From Mycobacteriales bacterium (lineage in GTDB: Bacteria; Actinomycetota; Actinomycetes; Mycobacteriales; QHCA01), in NCBI GenBank assembly GCA_049698415.1, contig JBAVXU010000275.1, forward strand, positions 1 through 37,371: 37,371 nt of DNA, in the 5' to 3' direction. The notes beneath the pieces were generated by a model. It had not been told where the DNA came from. It did not search any database and was given only the letters and a program-made list of their open reading frames with translations. A program made the translations under genes and the position numbers. This document shows, piece by piece, positions 1 to 8,232 of the stretch (position 1 is the first letter of the stretch; every line of letters begins with the position of its first letter).

Positions 1-1
1 C

Positions 2-505
2 GCCGGTGGAGGCCCGAGCAGCCCACCGCCGGGCAGCCTGACAGCGGCTGAGCAGGCGCTCGTCGACCGGCTGCCCTTGTCGTTGGTCAACCCGGCCACC
101 TGCGTTGCGTCGAGAGACACCGAGGACGCGACATACACCGACGCCGCGGTCAAGTGCGACCCGGCCGCGCGCAGCGCCTCCGACCCCGGCACCCCACCGA
201 CGGTCGTCTACGCAGGGCATGACCGGACGGCAGCACTGCTGCGCAAGGACATCGACGCGACGATCGCCAGCCGCAAGCTGCCCAGTGGTTCGTGTGACAC
301 CTCACCCGGCCACGGCCAGTGGAATCTCGGCACGCCCGCCAAGCGCATCGGGGACATCCTCTGCTATCCGGCCACCTCCAGCGGCAATGCTGTGCTGGTC
401 TGGACCTACGACGCGGATCTCATCTGGGCGAGCGCTGCGGCACCCGATTCGAGCCATGCGAACCTGTTCGCCTGGTGGAAGAGCTTGTCGATCGCCCTGC
501 GATGA
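2..505 (+). CDS. 3' part of a gene entering from upstream of the window. It has a Pro-rich linker, then a Cys-containing extracytoplasmic sensor-type domain of the kind found at the C-terminus of actinobacterial Ser/Thr kinases and related lipoproteins.
   Basis: The frame is open from base 2 to TGA 503-505. The translation (AGGGPSSPPPGS..ATCVAS..AAVKCDP..SGSCDTSPGHGQWN..ILCYPAT..VLVWTYD..LFAWWKS) has paired Cys residues and a WT.D...WW tail typical of that domain. GC3 is high. Confidence 0.5.
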   Translation, partial: AGGGPSSPPPGSLTAAEQALVDRLPLSLVNPATCVASRDTEDATYTDAAVKCDPAARSASDPGTPPTVVYAGHDRTAALLRKDIDATIASRKLPSGSCDTSPGHGQWNLGTPAKRIGDILCYPATSSGNAVLVWTYDADLIWASAAAPDSSHANLFAWWKSLSIALR

Positions 506-590
506 GCCGGACCGCGGGCCGTAGCAGGAGGTAGCAGACATCGGCAGACCCGAGGCGGGGCAGCGCTTCGCCCACTTCCACGTCTACAGC

Positions 591-1430
591 GTGCTCGGCC
601 GCGGCGGCATGGGCGTCGTCTTCAGTGCGTACAACGTGCGCGATGACCGGGCGGTCGCGCTGAAGCTGCTGACGGTCGACCTTTCCAAGGACCCGAGTTC
701 GCGCGAGCGCTTCCAGCGCGAGTCGCGGCTGGCCCAGACCCTGCGCTCCCCGTACGCCGTTCAGGTTCTCGACGCCGGCGAATACGAGGGCGAGCTGTGG
801 CTCGAGATGCCACTGATGCCGGGTGAGGACCTGCAGGACCGGTTGGCGCGCGAAGGTCCGCTGCCGCCGCGGATCGCGCTCGGCATCAGTCGCCAGGTCG
901 CGGCTGCCCTCGACGCCGCCCATGCCCTCGGTCTGATCCACCGTGACGTCAAGCCGGCCAACGTCCGGCTGATCGACGCGTCTCAGCCCGGCGTGCCGCA
1001 TGCATTTCTCGGCGACTTCGGGCTGACCCGGGCCTTCGGGTCGGTGGACCCGTCGCTCACCCAGGCCAACGAGATGGTGGGTACGGCCCATTACATGGCT
1101 CCCGAGCAGGTCCGACGACTCGAACTCGACCCTCGGGTCGACGTCTACTCCCTGGCCTGCCTGCTCTACGCCACCCTCACCGGCGCGCCACCGTTCGCCG
1201 GACGCGACGGCCAGGCGGTGATGCATGCGCACCTGCTGGAGCGGCCGCCGCCGCTGGTCGGTCGTGGCCTGCCGATCGGCGAACGCTTGCAGTGGGCGGT
1301 GTTCTGGGGGCTGGCGAAGGACCCACGGCAGCGTCCACTGACCGCCGGTGCGTTCGTCGAGGCCTGCATCGCCGGCCACGAGGCCGACCCTCCGACGAGC
1401 AGTTATCGAGCGGGTCCGGCCCAGCGCTGA
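591..1430 (+). CDS. Ser/Thr protein kinase, catalytic domain only, with no TM or sensor region. The true start is probably upstream of 591 (see finding).
   Basis: Hanks motifs are visible: LGRGGMGVV (Gly loop), VALKLL (Lys), HRDVKPANV (catalytic loop), DFG, YMAPEQ. In-frame upstream sequence GQRFAHFHVYSV continues the kinase fold back to the TAG at 522-524. Confidence 0.9.
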   Translation: MLGRGGMGVVFSAYNVRDDRAVALKLLTVDLSKDPSSRERFQRESRLAQTLRSPYAVQVLDAGEYEGELWLEMPLMPGEDLQDRLAREGPLPPRIALGISRQVAAALDAAHALGLIHRDVKPANVRLIDASQPGVPHAFLGDFGLTRAFGSVDPSLTQANEMVGTAHYMAPEQVRRLELDPRVDVYSLACLLYATLTGAPPFAGRDGQAVMHAHLLERPPPLVGRGLPIGERLQWAVFWGLAKDPRQRPLTAGAFVEACIAGHEADPPTSSYRAGPAQR

Positions 1431-1452
1431 GATCTGCGGCCGGCGCAGGTGT

Positions 1453-3765
1453 TCAGCGGCGGTTGGGGTCGAGCCGCCGGATCAGCAGCCAGGTGGCCGC
1501 GATGGCGACGATGCCGATGATCGTCAGCACGGTGTAGTCCGCCAGCCAGATGGCTGCGGTGTGCTTCCACAGGGAATCGGGCTCCTGCGCGCGCTCGATG
1601 GCGTTGAGGTCGGTCGTCGACGCGGCTGCGGCGAACCCCCAGCGGGTGGGCACCAGCCAGCTGAGCTGGGCCAGCCCGAGCCGGCCGGCCACGGGTACCA
1701 GCCCGCCGCAGAGGACAAGTTGCGCCATGGTGAGCAGCACCAGGATGGGCATGGCTTGGTTCTCGTCGCGCACAACCGCCGAGACCACCAGCCCCACCGC
1801 GGCCGAGACGGCGGACAACGCCGCAACGGCCACCACAAGTTCGAGAGTCGGTGATCCGAGCAGCGAGGCGCTCTCGGGCCCGGCCCGACCGGCCACCGCC
1901 AGCAGGGTCAGCACGGTGCCCTGGACGACGGCGACGACACCGAGCACCAACAGTTTGGAGCCGAGGTAGGCGACCGCCGACAGGCCGATGGCGCGTTCGC
2001 GACGATAGATCGCGCGTTCCTTGACCAGTTCGCGGACGGCACTGGCCATCCCCATCAGGGTGGCGCCGACGGCGAGTACGAGGAGCAACTGCCGCGCCCC
2101 GCCGTTGACGCCGCTCGGGGCAGGAGCCAATCCGTCCGACGCCGGCACCACCCGGGAGAACAATGCCAGGACGAACGGCAAGGCCACGATGATCGCGAGG
2201 TAGGCCCGGTCGGCGGCGATCACTGCGAGGTATCGCTTGCACAGCGTCGCGAGCTGGGAGCCCATCGACTGCCGCCTGATCGGGCTGAGCACGGCCCCCC
2301 GGGGTGGGCCGGGCGGCAGCCGGGGCGGGGGGTTGGCTCGCCGGTCCCGGCCGGCGAAGCCGGCGAACACCCTGGCCCACTCCGCTCCCGGGAGGGTCTT
2401 CAGCCGGCCGAAGGCGTCGGCCCAGTTGCGTGCGCTGAAGTACGCGAGCGCCCCGGCGGGTGGACCCAGATACGCGACGTGGCCCCCCCGGGCCAGGACC
2501 ATGACGAGGTCGCACACGTCCAGGTGCTCCAGGTTGTGTGTCACGACCACGACCGTGCGGCCTTCGTCGGCGAGGTGGCGCAGCTTGTTCATGACATCGC
2601 GGTCGAGATCGGCGTCCAGACCGCTGGTCGGTTCGTCGAGGAACAGCAGCGAGGGCTTCGTCAGCAGCTCCAGCGCCGTACTCGCCCGCTTGCGTTCGCC
2701 GCCTGACATCGCCGAGATGCGGGTGTCGGTCTGCGGGGTGAGGCTGAGCTCGCCGATGACCTCGGTGACCCGGCCGGCCCGTTCGACGCTGCTGACATCT
2801 GCCGGAAAACGCAGCTTGGCGCCGTAGCCGAGAGCCTGTTTCAGGGTCAGCGCCTGGTGCAGGATGTCCTGCTGCGGAACCAGCCCGATCCGCTGCCGAA
2901 GGTCGTCGTAGTTGGCGTAGAGATCGCGACCGGCGTAGAGCACTTGACCGTGGGTGGCCGGCTGGAACCCGGTCAGGGCGCCCAACAAGGTCGACTTGCC
3001 GGCGCCGCTGGGGCCGACGATCGCCAGCAGGTTGCGTGGGCCGAGGTTGAACGAGACGTTGTCGAGGATCCGCTTTCCGCCGGGGAGATCCACTGTCACG
3101 CCGGTGGCGGCGAAGGAGACGTCGCCGGTGTCGACGAACTCGGTGAGGGCCCGGCCGTCGAAACGCAGCGAGTGCCGTCCGATCGTGACCAGCGATCCTG
3201 GCACGAGGATGGCGTGCTGAACCCGCTGGCCGTTGACGAAGGTGCCGTTGCCGCTGTTCAGGTCGACGATCTGGGTGCCCGCCGGCGTACGCCTGACCTC
3301 CGCGTGCCGCCGCGACACGAGCAGGTCGTTGAGCACGATGTCGTTGGTGGCCACTCGCCCGATCCGGACGACGTCGGCGGGAAGCGAGTGCACGCCGCTG
3401 AGCGCCGGCCCGATCTCACCGGTGGGGCGCCCGTCCTGCTGGGGCACGGCCGGCCGGGGGACGACCCGCAGCCGCAGATCGACGCCCGCGCTGTCGCCGA
3501 GTTGCACGGTGATGTCGGAGTCGACGGCGAGCTCGCTGACGCGTTGCCCGCGGTGATACATCCCATTGCTACTGCCGGCGTCGACGAGTCGCCAACCTGC
3601 CGGTCCGGGCATGACGACGGCGTGGCGGCGACTCAGCCGGTCGTCGGTGAGCCTGATGGTTGCCTCGGCCGAGCGCCCGATCAGCCACTGCGCGCCCGGC
3701 GGGACGATGAACTGACGCCCTCCGACGTCGATGACCAGCGACCCCGGCGCCGGCTGACTGCTCAT
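1453..3765 (-). CDS. FHA-domain-containing ABC transporter with two N-terminal FHA domains, an ABC ATPase and an ABC-2/ABCG-type permease. This is the architecture of M. tuberculosis Rv1747.
   Basis: FHA signatures appear twice (GR..-..I.L.D..-SRRHA.. and NGT.VNG). Walker A is GPSGAGKST, the signature motif MSGGERKR, Walker B LLFLDEPTSGLD. The C-terminal third is a multi-helix hydrophobic region. ATG is at 3765. Confidence 0.93.
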   Translation of the reverse strand: MSSQPAPGSLVIDVGGRQFIVPPGAQWLIGRSAEATIRLTDDRLSRRHAVVMPGPAGWRLVDAGSSNGMYHRGQRVSELAVDSDITVQLGDSAGVDLRLRVVPRPAVPQQDGRPTGEIGPALSGVHSLPADVVRIGRVATNDIVLNDLLVSRRHAEVRRTPAGTQIVDLNSGNGTFVNGQRVQHAILVPGSLVTIGRHSLRFDGRALTEFVDTGDVSFAATGVTVDLPGGKRILDNVSFNLGPRNLLAIVGPSGAGKSTLLGALTGFQPATHGQVLYAGRDLYANYDDLRQRIGLVPQQDILHQALTLKQALGYGAKLRFPADVSSVERAGRVTEVIGELSLTPQTDTRISAMSGGERKRASTALELLTKPSLLFLDEPTSGLDADLDRDVMNKLRHLADEGRTVVVVTHNLEHLDVCDLVMVLARGGHVAYLGPPAGALAYFSARNWADAFGRLKTLPGAEWARVFAGFAGRDRRANPPPRLPPGPPRGAVLSPIRRQSMGSQLATLCKRYLAVIAADRAYLAIIVALPFVLALFSRVVPASDGLAPAPSGVNGGARQLLLVLAVGATLMGMASAVRELVKERAIYRRERAIGLSAVAYLGSKLLVLGVVAVVQGTVLTLLAVAGRAGPESASLLGSPTLELVVAVAALSAVSAAVGLVVSAVVRDENQAMPILVLLTMAQLVLCGGLVPVAGRLGLAQLSWLVPTRWGFAAAASTTDLNAIERAQEPDSLWKHTAAIWLADYTVLTIIGIVAIAATWLLIRRLDPNRR

Positions 3766-3827
3766 GAGCGACGAGTCTGCCGAAAGCCCCGGCTGGCGTC
3801 AGCCTCGCCCCCCGCCGACACCCAACC

Positions 3828-4310
3828 TCAGCCGGCGACCGGCTCGTCGGGTGCCTTGGGTCGCGGCGTCTTGGGCGCCTTCTTCTTCGCCGCCTCCATG
3901 CGCTCGCCGAGCTCGCCCAACTCCCTGCGTCCCATCCCCTTGCGTACCTCGGGGAACCAGTCCTGCTCCTCCTCCTCGATGTGATGGCGCACGTTCTCGG
4001 TGAGCACGGTCACCTTGGCGTCGTAGCGCTCGTCCTGCGGGTCCATCCCGGACAGCTCCGACAGGACCCACTTGACGATGTGGTGCTCCTCGAGGCTCTC
4101 GAGCACGTGGTCATCGGTCTCCGGGACCTTGGCCCGCGCCACCGGGTAGAAGATCTGCTCCTCGATGTAGGTATGCGTCGAGAGCTCCTCGATGATCTGC
4201 TCGACGAGCTTCTGCTTGGTCTTGTACGCGCCGTCGCCGGCCTTCTCGAACTGCTTGAACAGCTTCTCGACGACCTTGTGGTCGTTCTTCAGCAGGACGA
4301 TCGCGTCCAC
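3828..4310 (-). CDS. Hemerythrin (HHE cation-binding) domain protein with a Lys/Pro-rich C-terminal tail
   Basis: Translation reads DAIVLLKNDHKVVEKLF..EEQIFYP..EEHH..VRHHIEEEE. The GTG start at 4310 is preceded by GGAGG (4316-4320). The track ORF continues to 4481, but that stretch is Arg/Pro-rich and does not look like real protein. Confidence 0.85.
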   Translation of the reverse strand: MDAIVLLKNDHKVVEKLFKQFEKAGDGAYKTKQKLVEQIIEELSTHTYIEEQIFYPVARAKVPETDDHVLESLEEHHIVKWVLSELSGMDPQDERYDAKVTVLTENVRHHIEEEEQDWFPEVRKGMGRRELGELGERMEAAKKKAPKTPRPKAPDEPVAG

Positions 4311-4506
4311 GTGGTCCTCCCCGGCAACTCTGGTGACGTGCGGTCCCGCCTCACATGCTCGCCAGCGGCGGCGCCGAAACCCACAGGCCGCAGTCCTCCC
4401 CGACATTCGCCGGCCGCCCGGGTACCGTGGTCGCCAGTGCTGCCGAGTGCCGAGAGCCGCTCCGGCCTCGCCGGCCGCCACCCGTCTGAGCGAGGACCCT
4501 CACCGA

Positions 4507-5616
4507 ATGCTGAGAATTTTCGGCCTGTCGATCTTCGTCACGCTGGCCGGGCTGATCGGGGGGCTGGTGCTCGGCGGCCCGAGCGGGCTGGCCGTGGTGG
4601 GCATCCTGATCGTGCTCGAGGTGTCGCTCTCCTTCGACAACGCGGTCGTCAACGCCAAAGTGCTGGTGCGGATGAGCGCGTTCTGGCAGCGGATGTTCCT
4701 CACCGTGGGCATCGTCATCGCAGTCTTCGGCATGCGGCTGGTGTTCCCGCTCGTCCTCGTGGCGGTCACCGCGTCCGTCGGCCCGTTGGAAGTGCTCGAC
4801 CTGGCGGTCAAGGGCGGCACCGGGTCGGGCAGCTATGCCGAGAGACTCAACGAGGCGCACCCGGCTATCGCCGGTTTCGGCGGGATGTTTCTCGGCATCC
4901 TGTTCCTGCAGTGGGTCTTCGAAGATCGTGACCACCAGTGGCTGAAGTGGCTGGAACGACCGGCCGTACGCGCCGGCACGCTCAACCAACTCGATGTCAT
5001 CATCGGATCCATCGTGCTCCTGCTCACTGCCGAGCTGTTCGCCCACGGCCCGGACAAGCTCACGGTGCTGGTCGCCGGGCTGCTCGGGATGGTCACCTAT
5101 CTCACGGTCAACGGTCTGGGCACCGTCTTCGAGAACCGGGGCGGTGACCGGGCGGGTGCCGGATCGATCGCGGGCGAGAAGGGCAAGCCCGGCAAGGCGG
5201 TCACGGTCGCCGGGATGGCCGGCTTCTTCCTGTTCCTCTACCTCGAGGTCCTCGACGCGTCTTTCTCCTTCGACGGCGTCATCGGTGCGTTCGCCATCAC
5301 GCAGGACATCTTCATCATCGCGATCGGCTTGGGTGTCGGCGCCTTCTGGGTGCGTTCGCTGACGGTCTTCCTGGTACGCAAGGGCACCTTGCAGAACTAC
5401 GTCTACCTCGAGCACGGCGCTCACTGGGCGATCGGCGCCCTCGCGGTCGTCCTCCTCATCAGCGTGAAGTACGAAGTGCCGGAGGTGGTGGCCGGGCTGA
5501 TCGGGGTGGTCTTCATCATCGCCGCGTTCTTCAGTTCCCTGCGCCACAACCGCAAGCACGGCGCGCACGATCGCCTCTCCTCCGGTGAGGACACGGTCCA
5601 ACAGGCCACGGCTTAG
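4507..5616 (+). CDS. DUF475 / TerC-like integral membrane protein
   Basis: Start MLRIFGLSIFVTLAG at ATG 4507. The motif is duplicated: LEVSLSFDNAVVNA and LEVLDASFSFDGVIGAF. There are multiple TM helices. The upstream part of track ORF 4192.. is antisense to the hemerythrin gene. Confidence 0.85.
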   Translation: MLRIFGLSIFVTLAGLIGGLVLGGPSGLAVVGILIVLEVSLSFDNAVVNAKVLVRMSAFWQRMFLTVGIVIAVFGMRLVFPLVLVAVTASVGPLEVLDLAVKGGTGSGSYAERLNEAHPAIAGFGGMFLGILFLQWVFEDRDHQWLKWLERPAVRAGTLNQLDVIIGSIVLLLTAELFAHGPDKLTVLVAGLLGMVTYLTVNGLGTVFENRGGDRAGAGSIAGEKGKPGKAVTVAGMAGFFLFLYLEVLDASFSFDGVIGAFAITQDIFIIAIGLGVGAFWVRSLTVFLVRKGTLQNYVYLEHGAHWAIGALAVVLLISVKYEVPEVVAGLIGVVFIIAAFFSSLRHNRKHGAHDRLSSGEDTVQQATA

Positions 5617-5672
5617 CCGGATGAGGCAGAGTGACTGCCGTCGTCGCTGGCTGTGAAATTGCGGAGGTTCTC

Positions 5673-5822
5673 ATGGCACCTCGGATCACCTACGTCCCCG
5701 TCGAGTCGATGGACGATTGGATGCAGGACGAGATGGACCGCTGGGCCCGAGAAGGCCCGATGGCCGGTCCCGACGCGGCCACGGATCACCAGGTGACGGC
5801 GATGTACTTGCTCTCGGTGTAG
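5673..5822 (+). pseudogene. Possible 5' remnant of a carboxymuconolactone decarboxylase (AhpD/CMD)-family gene, truncated and running into the 3' end of the convergent aldehyde dehydrogenase gene
   Basis: GGAGG lies 6 nt before ATG 5673. MAPRITYVPVESMDD...AREG resembles the N-terminus of CMD-family proteins (M.RI.YVDP..iDDpe...). Only 49 codons remain, and the last 37 nt overlap gene 5786..7243. Confidence 0.3.
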
Positions 5823-7243
5823 TCGAGCAGCCCCTCGTGGCCGCCCTCCCGTCCGATGCCGCTCTGCTTGACGCCACCGAACGGGGCCGCCGGGTCGCTG
5901 ACCAGCCCGCGGTTGAGACCGACCATGCCGGATTCGAGCGCCTCGCTGATCCGCAGCCCGCGAGCGAGGTCGCGGGTGTAGACGTACGAGACCAAGCCGA
6001 CCTCGGTGTCATTGGCCCACCTGATTGCGTCGGCCTCGTCGGTGAACGTGACGATCGGGGCTACCGGCCCGAAAATCTCCTCGCGCAGGATCGCCGCGTC
6101 ATGGGACACGTCGACCAGCACGGTCGGGTCGTAGTAGCAACCGGGCCGTTTCGGGACCTTCCCGCCGAGGAGGGCCCGCGCGCCTTCGTCCAGTGCACCG
6201 CGGACGAGTTCGTCGCACTTGGTCACGGCTGCATCGTTGACCAGTGGACCCACGTCGGTTCCGGCATCGCTGCCCGGTCCGACCTGCAGCGCGCCCATCT
6301 TCTCGGCGAGCCGGCTGGAGAAGTCCGCCGCAACCGACTCTTCGACATAGAACCGGTTGGCAGCCGTGCACGCCTCACCGCCGTTGCGCATCTTGGCTAT
6401 CATCGCGCCCTCGATCGCGGCGTCGATGTCGGCGTCGGCGAAGACGAGGAACGGCGCGTTGCCGCCGAGCTCCATGGACGTGTTGACCACCGTGTCCGCG
6501 GCCTCGCGCAACAACACCCGGCCCACCTCGGTCGAACCGGTGAACGACAGCTTGCGCACACGTGGATCGTGCAGCATCGCAGCAACGACTGGCCCGGAGC
6601 GACGGGCCGGCACCACGTTGACGACCCCCTTGGGTACGCCCGCATCGTCAAGCACCTGCGCCATCGCCAGTGCGGTCAGCGGGGTGTCGCTGGCCGGCTT
6701 GAGCACGACGGTGCAACCTGCGCCCAGCGCCGGCGCGATCTTGCGGGTGGCCATCGCGGCCGGGAAGTTCCACGGCGTCACGAGTACGCACACGCCGACC
6801 GGCTGATGCACGACCATGATGCGATTGGCCCCCGAGGGCGCGGTCGTGATCATCCCGTCGGCACGCACCGTCTCCTCTGCGTACCACCGGAAGAACTCCG
6901 CGGCGTACGTCACCTCTCCCGTGGCGTCCTTGAGCGCCTTGCCGTTCTCGAGTGAGATGAGCAGGGCGATCTCGTCGGCTCGCTCGGTCATCAACTGCCA
7001 GGCCCGGCGCAGGATTTCCGAACGCTGCCGCGGCGGGGTCGCGGCCCATTCGGGGCCGGCCGCGTGTGCGGCTGCGACGGCGGCGAGGCCGTCGTCGACC
7101 GAGCCGTCGGCCACCGCTGCGATGACCTCGCCGGTGGCCGGATCGGTGACGTCGAACCGCCCGCCGTCGGAGGCCGTCTGCCAGGTCCCGCCGACGAACA
7201 GGTCGGTCGGGACCTTGCCGAGAACGTCGCTGCGGCTCGCCAT
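5786..7243 (-). CDS. gabD: NAD(P)-dependent aldehyde dehydrogenase, succinate-semialdehyde dehydrogenase (GabD)-like
   Basis: This is a full-length ALDH (485 aa) with FVGGTWQ...DV.DPATGEVIA, FTGSTEVG, ELGGNAP and EEIFGPV. Its ATG shares one base with the TGA of the upstream E1 beta gene (7243). Confidence 0.9.
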   Translation of the reverse strand: MASRSDVLGKVPTDLFVGGTWQTASDGGRFDVTDPATGEVIAAVADGSVDDGLAAVAAAHAAGPEWAATPPRQRSEILRRAWQLMTERADEIALLISLENGKALKDATGEVTYAAEFFRWYAEETVRADGMITTAPSGANRIMVVHQPVGVCVLVTPWNFPAAMATRKIAPALGAGCTVVLKPASDTPLTALAMAQVLDDAGVPKGVVNVVPARRSGPVVAAMLHDPRVRKLSFTGSTEVGRVLLREAADTVVNTSMELGGNAPFLVFADADIDAAIEGAMIAKMRNGGEACTAANRFYVEESVAADFSSRLAEKMGALQVGPGSDAGTDVGPLVNDAAVTKCDELVRGALDEGARALLGGKVPKRPGCYYDPTVLVDVSHDAAILREEIFGPVAPIVTFTDEADAIRWANDTEVGLVSYVYTRDLARGLRISEALESGMVGLNRGLVSDPAAPFGGVKQSGIGREGGHEGLLDYTESKYIAVTW

Positions 7244-8232
7244 CAGTCCATGACCTTCCGGATCGTTTCGACGATGCGTGACACCGATGGGATCGTGGCG
7301 TCCTCGAGGGCATCGGCCGACGGCAGCGGCACATGCGGGGTCGTGATGCGGATCGGTGGCCCGTCGAGGTCACCGAAGATCTCCTCGGCCACGATCGACA
7401 CGACCTCCGCTCCCCAGCCGCACAGTCGGGGGTTCTCCTCCACAGTGAACAGCTGACCGGTCCTGGCCGTCTCGTTCAGGATCGTCCGGGTGTCCAGCGG
7501 CACCAGCGAGCGTACGTCGATGACGGTGACGTCGATCCCGAGTTCGGCAAGCTCAGCGGCCGCGGCGACCGCTCGGGGAACCATCGCCGCCAGCGCCACG
7601 ATGGTCGCGTCCCCTCCCTGCCGGAGCACCTTGGCGGTGCCCAGGGTGTCGACGATTTCACCGTCGGGGACCTCCCACTTGGTGGGGTACAACGCCTTGT
7701 GTTCGAAGAAGATGACCGGGTTGTCGTCGCGGACCGACGCGGCGAGCAGGCCGATCACATCCGTGGCGTTCGACGGTGCCACGACCTTGAGACCAGGCAC
7801 CGACATCGCCCAGTTCTCCACACTCTGCGAGTGCTGTGCGCCGAAGCGCAGACCGCCCCCGTTGGCCGTGCGTACGACCAGCGGCAGGGAGACCTGGCCG
7901 TTGGTCATGTAGCGCGTCTTGGCCATCTCGTTGGCGATGATGTCCCAGCAGACCGCCAGGAAGTCGGAGAACATGATCTCGGCGATGGGCCTGATGCCGG
8001 TCATGGCCGCGCCCATGGCCGCGCCCAGGATCGCCTGCTCCGAGATCGGGCAGTCGCGTACCCGCACCGGTCCGAACCGATCGAGCAGACCACCCGTCGC
8101 CTTGAAGACTCCACCGGCCGCGGCGACGTCCTCGCCGAGGAACACCACGCGTTCGTCGCGGTCGAGTTCTTGCGCGATGCCGCGCGCGACCGCGTCCCGG
8201 TAGGTCAGCGTCGTCGTCGTCAGTTCCGCCAT
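7243..8232 (-). CDS. 2-oxoacid/acetoin dehydrogenase E1 component, beta subunit (TPP-dependent)
   Basis: MAELTTTTLTYRDAVARGIAQELDRDERVVFLGEDV..GGVFK.T.GL...FGP.RV.D.PISE matches the typical E1 beta N-terminus. ATG 8232 overlaps the alpha-subunit stop by 13 nt. Confidence 0.92.
   Translation of the reverse strand: MAELTTTTLTYRDAVARGIAQELDRDERVVFLGEDVAAAGGVFKATGGLLDRFGPVRVRDCPISEQAILGAAMGAAMTGIRPIAEIMFSDFLAVCWDIIANEMAKTRYMTNGQVSLPLVVRTANGGGLRFGAQHSQSVENWAMSVPGLKVVAPSNATDVIGLLAASVRDDNPVIFFEHKALYPTKWEVPDGEIVDTLGTAKVLRQGGDATIVALAAMVPRAVAAAAELAELGIDVTVIDVRSLVPLDTRTILNETARTGQLFTVEENPRLCGWGAEVVSIVAEEIFGDLDGPPIRITTPHVPLPSADALEDATIPSVSRIVETIRKVMD

Noticed and set aside
4311-4506. Possible yybP-ykoY (Mn2+) riboswitch upstream of the TerC-like/DUF475 gene, since TerC-family genes often carry one
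   Set aside because: I could not find the conserved GGGGAGUAG / GACAUA-type core elements or an obvious four-way junction in the 196-bp divergent spacer. It needs a covariance-model scan (Rfam RF00080) for a real answer.
5625-5639. Hairpin GGCAG-AGTGA-CTGCC just after the DUF475 gene, considered as a terminator
   Set aside because: The stem is only 5 bp with no U-tract, which is too weak to support a terminator.
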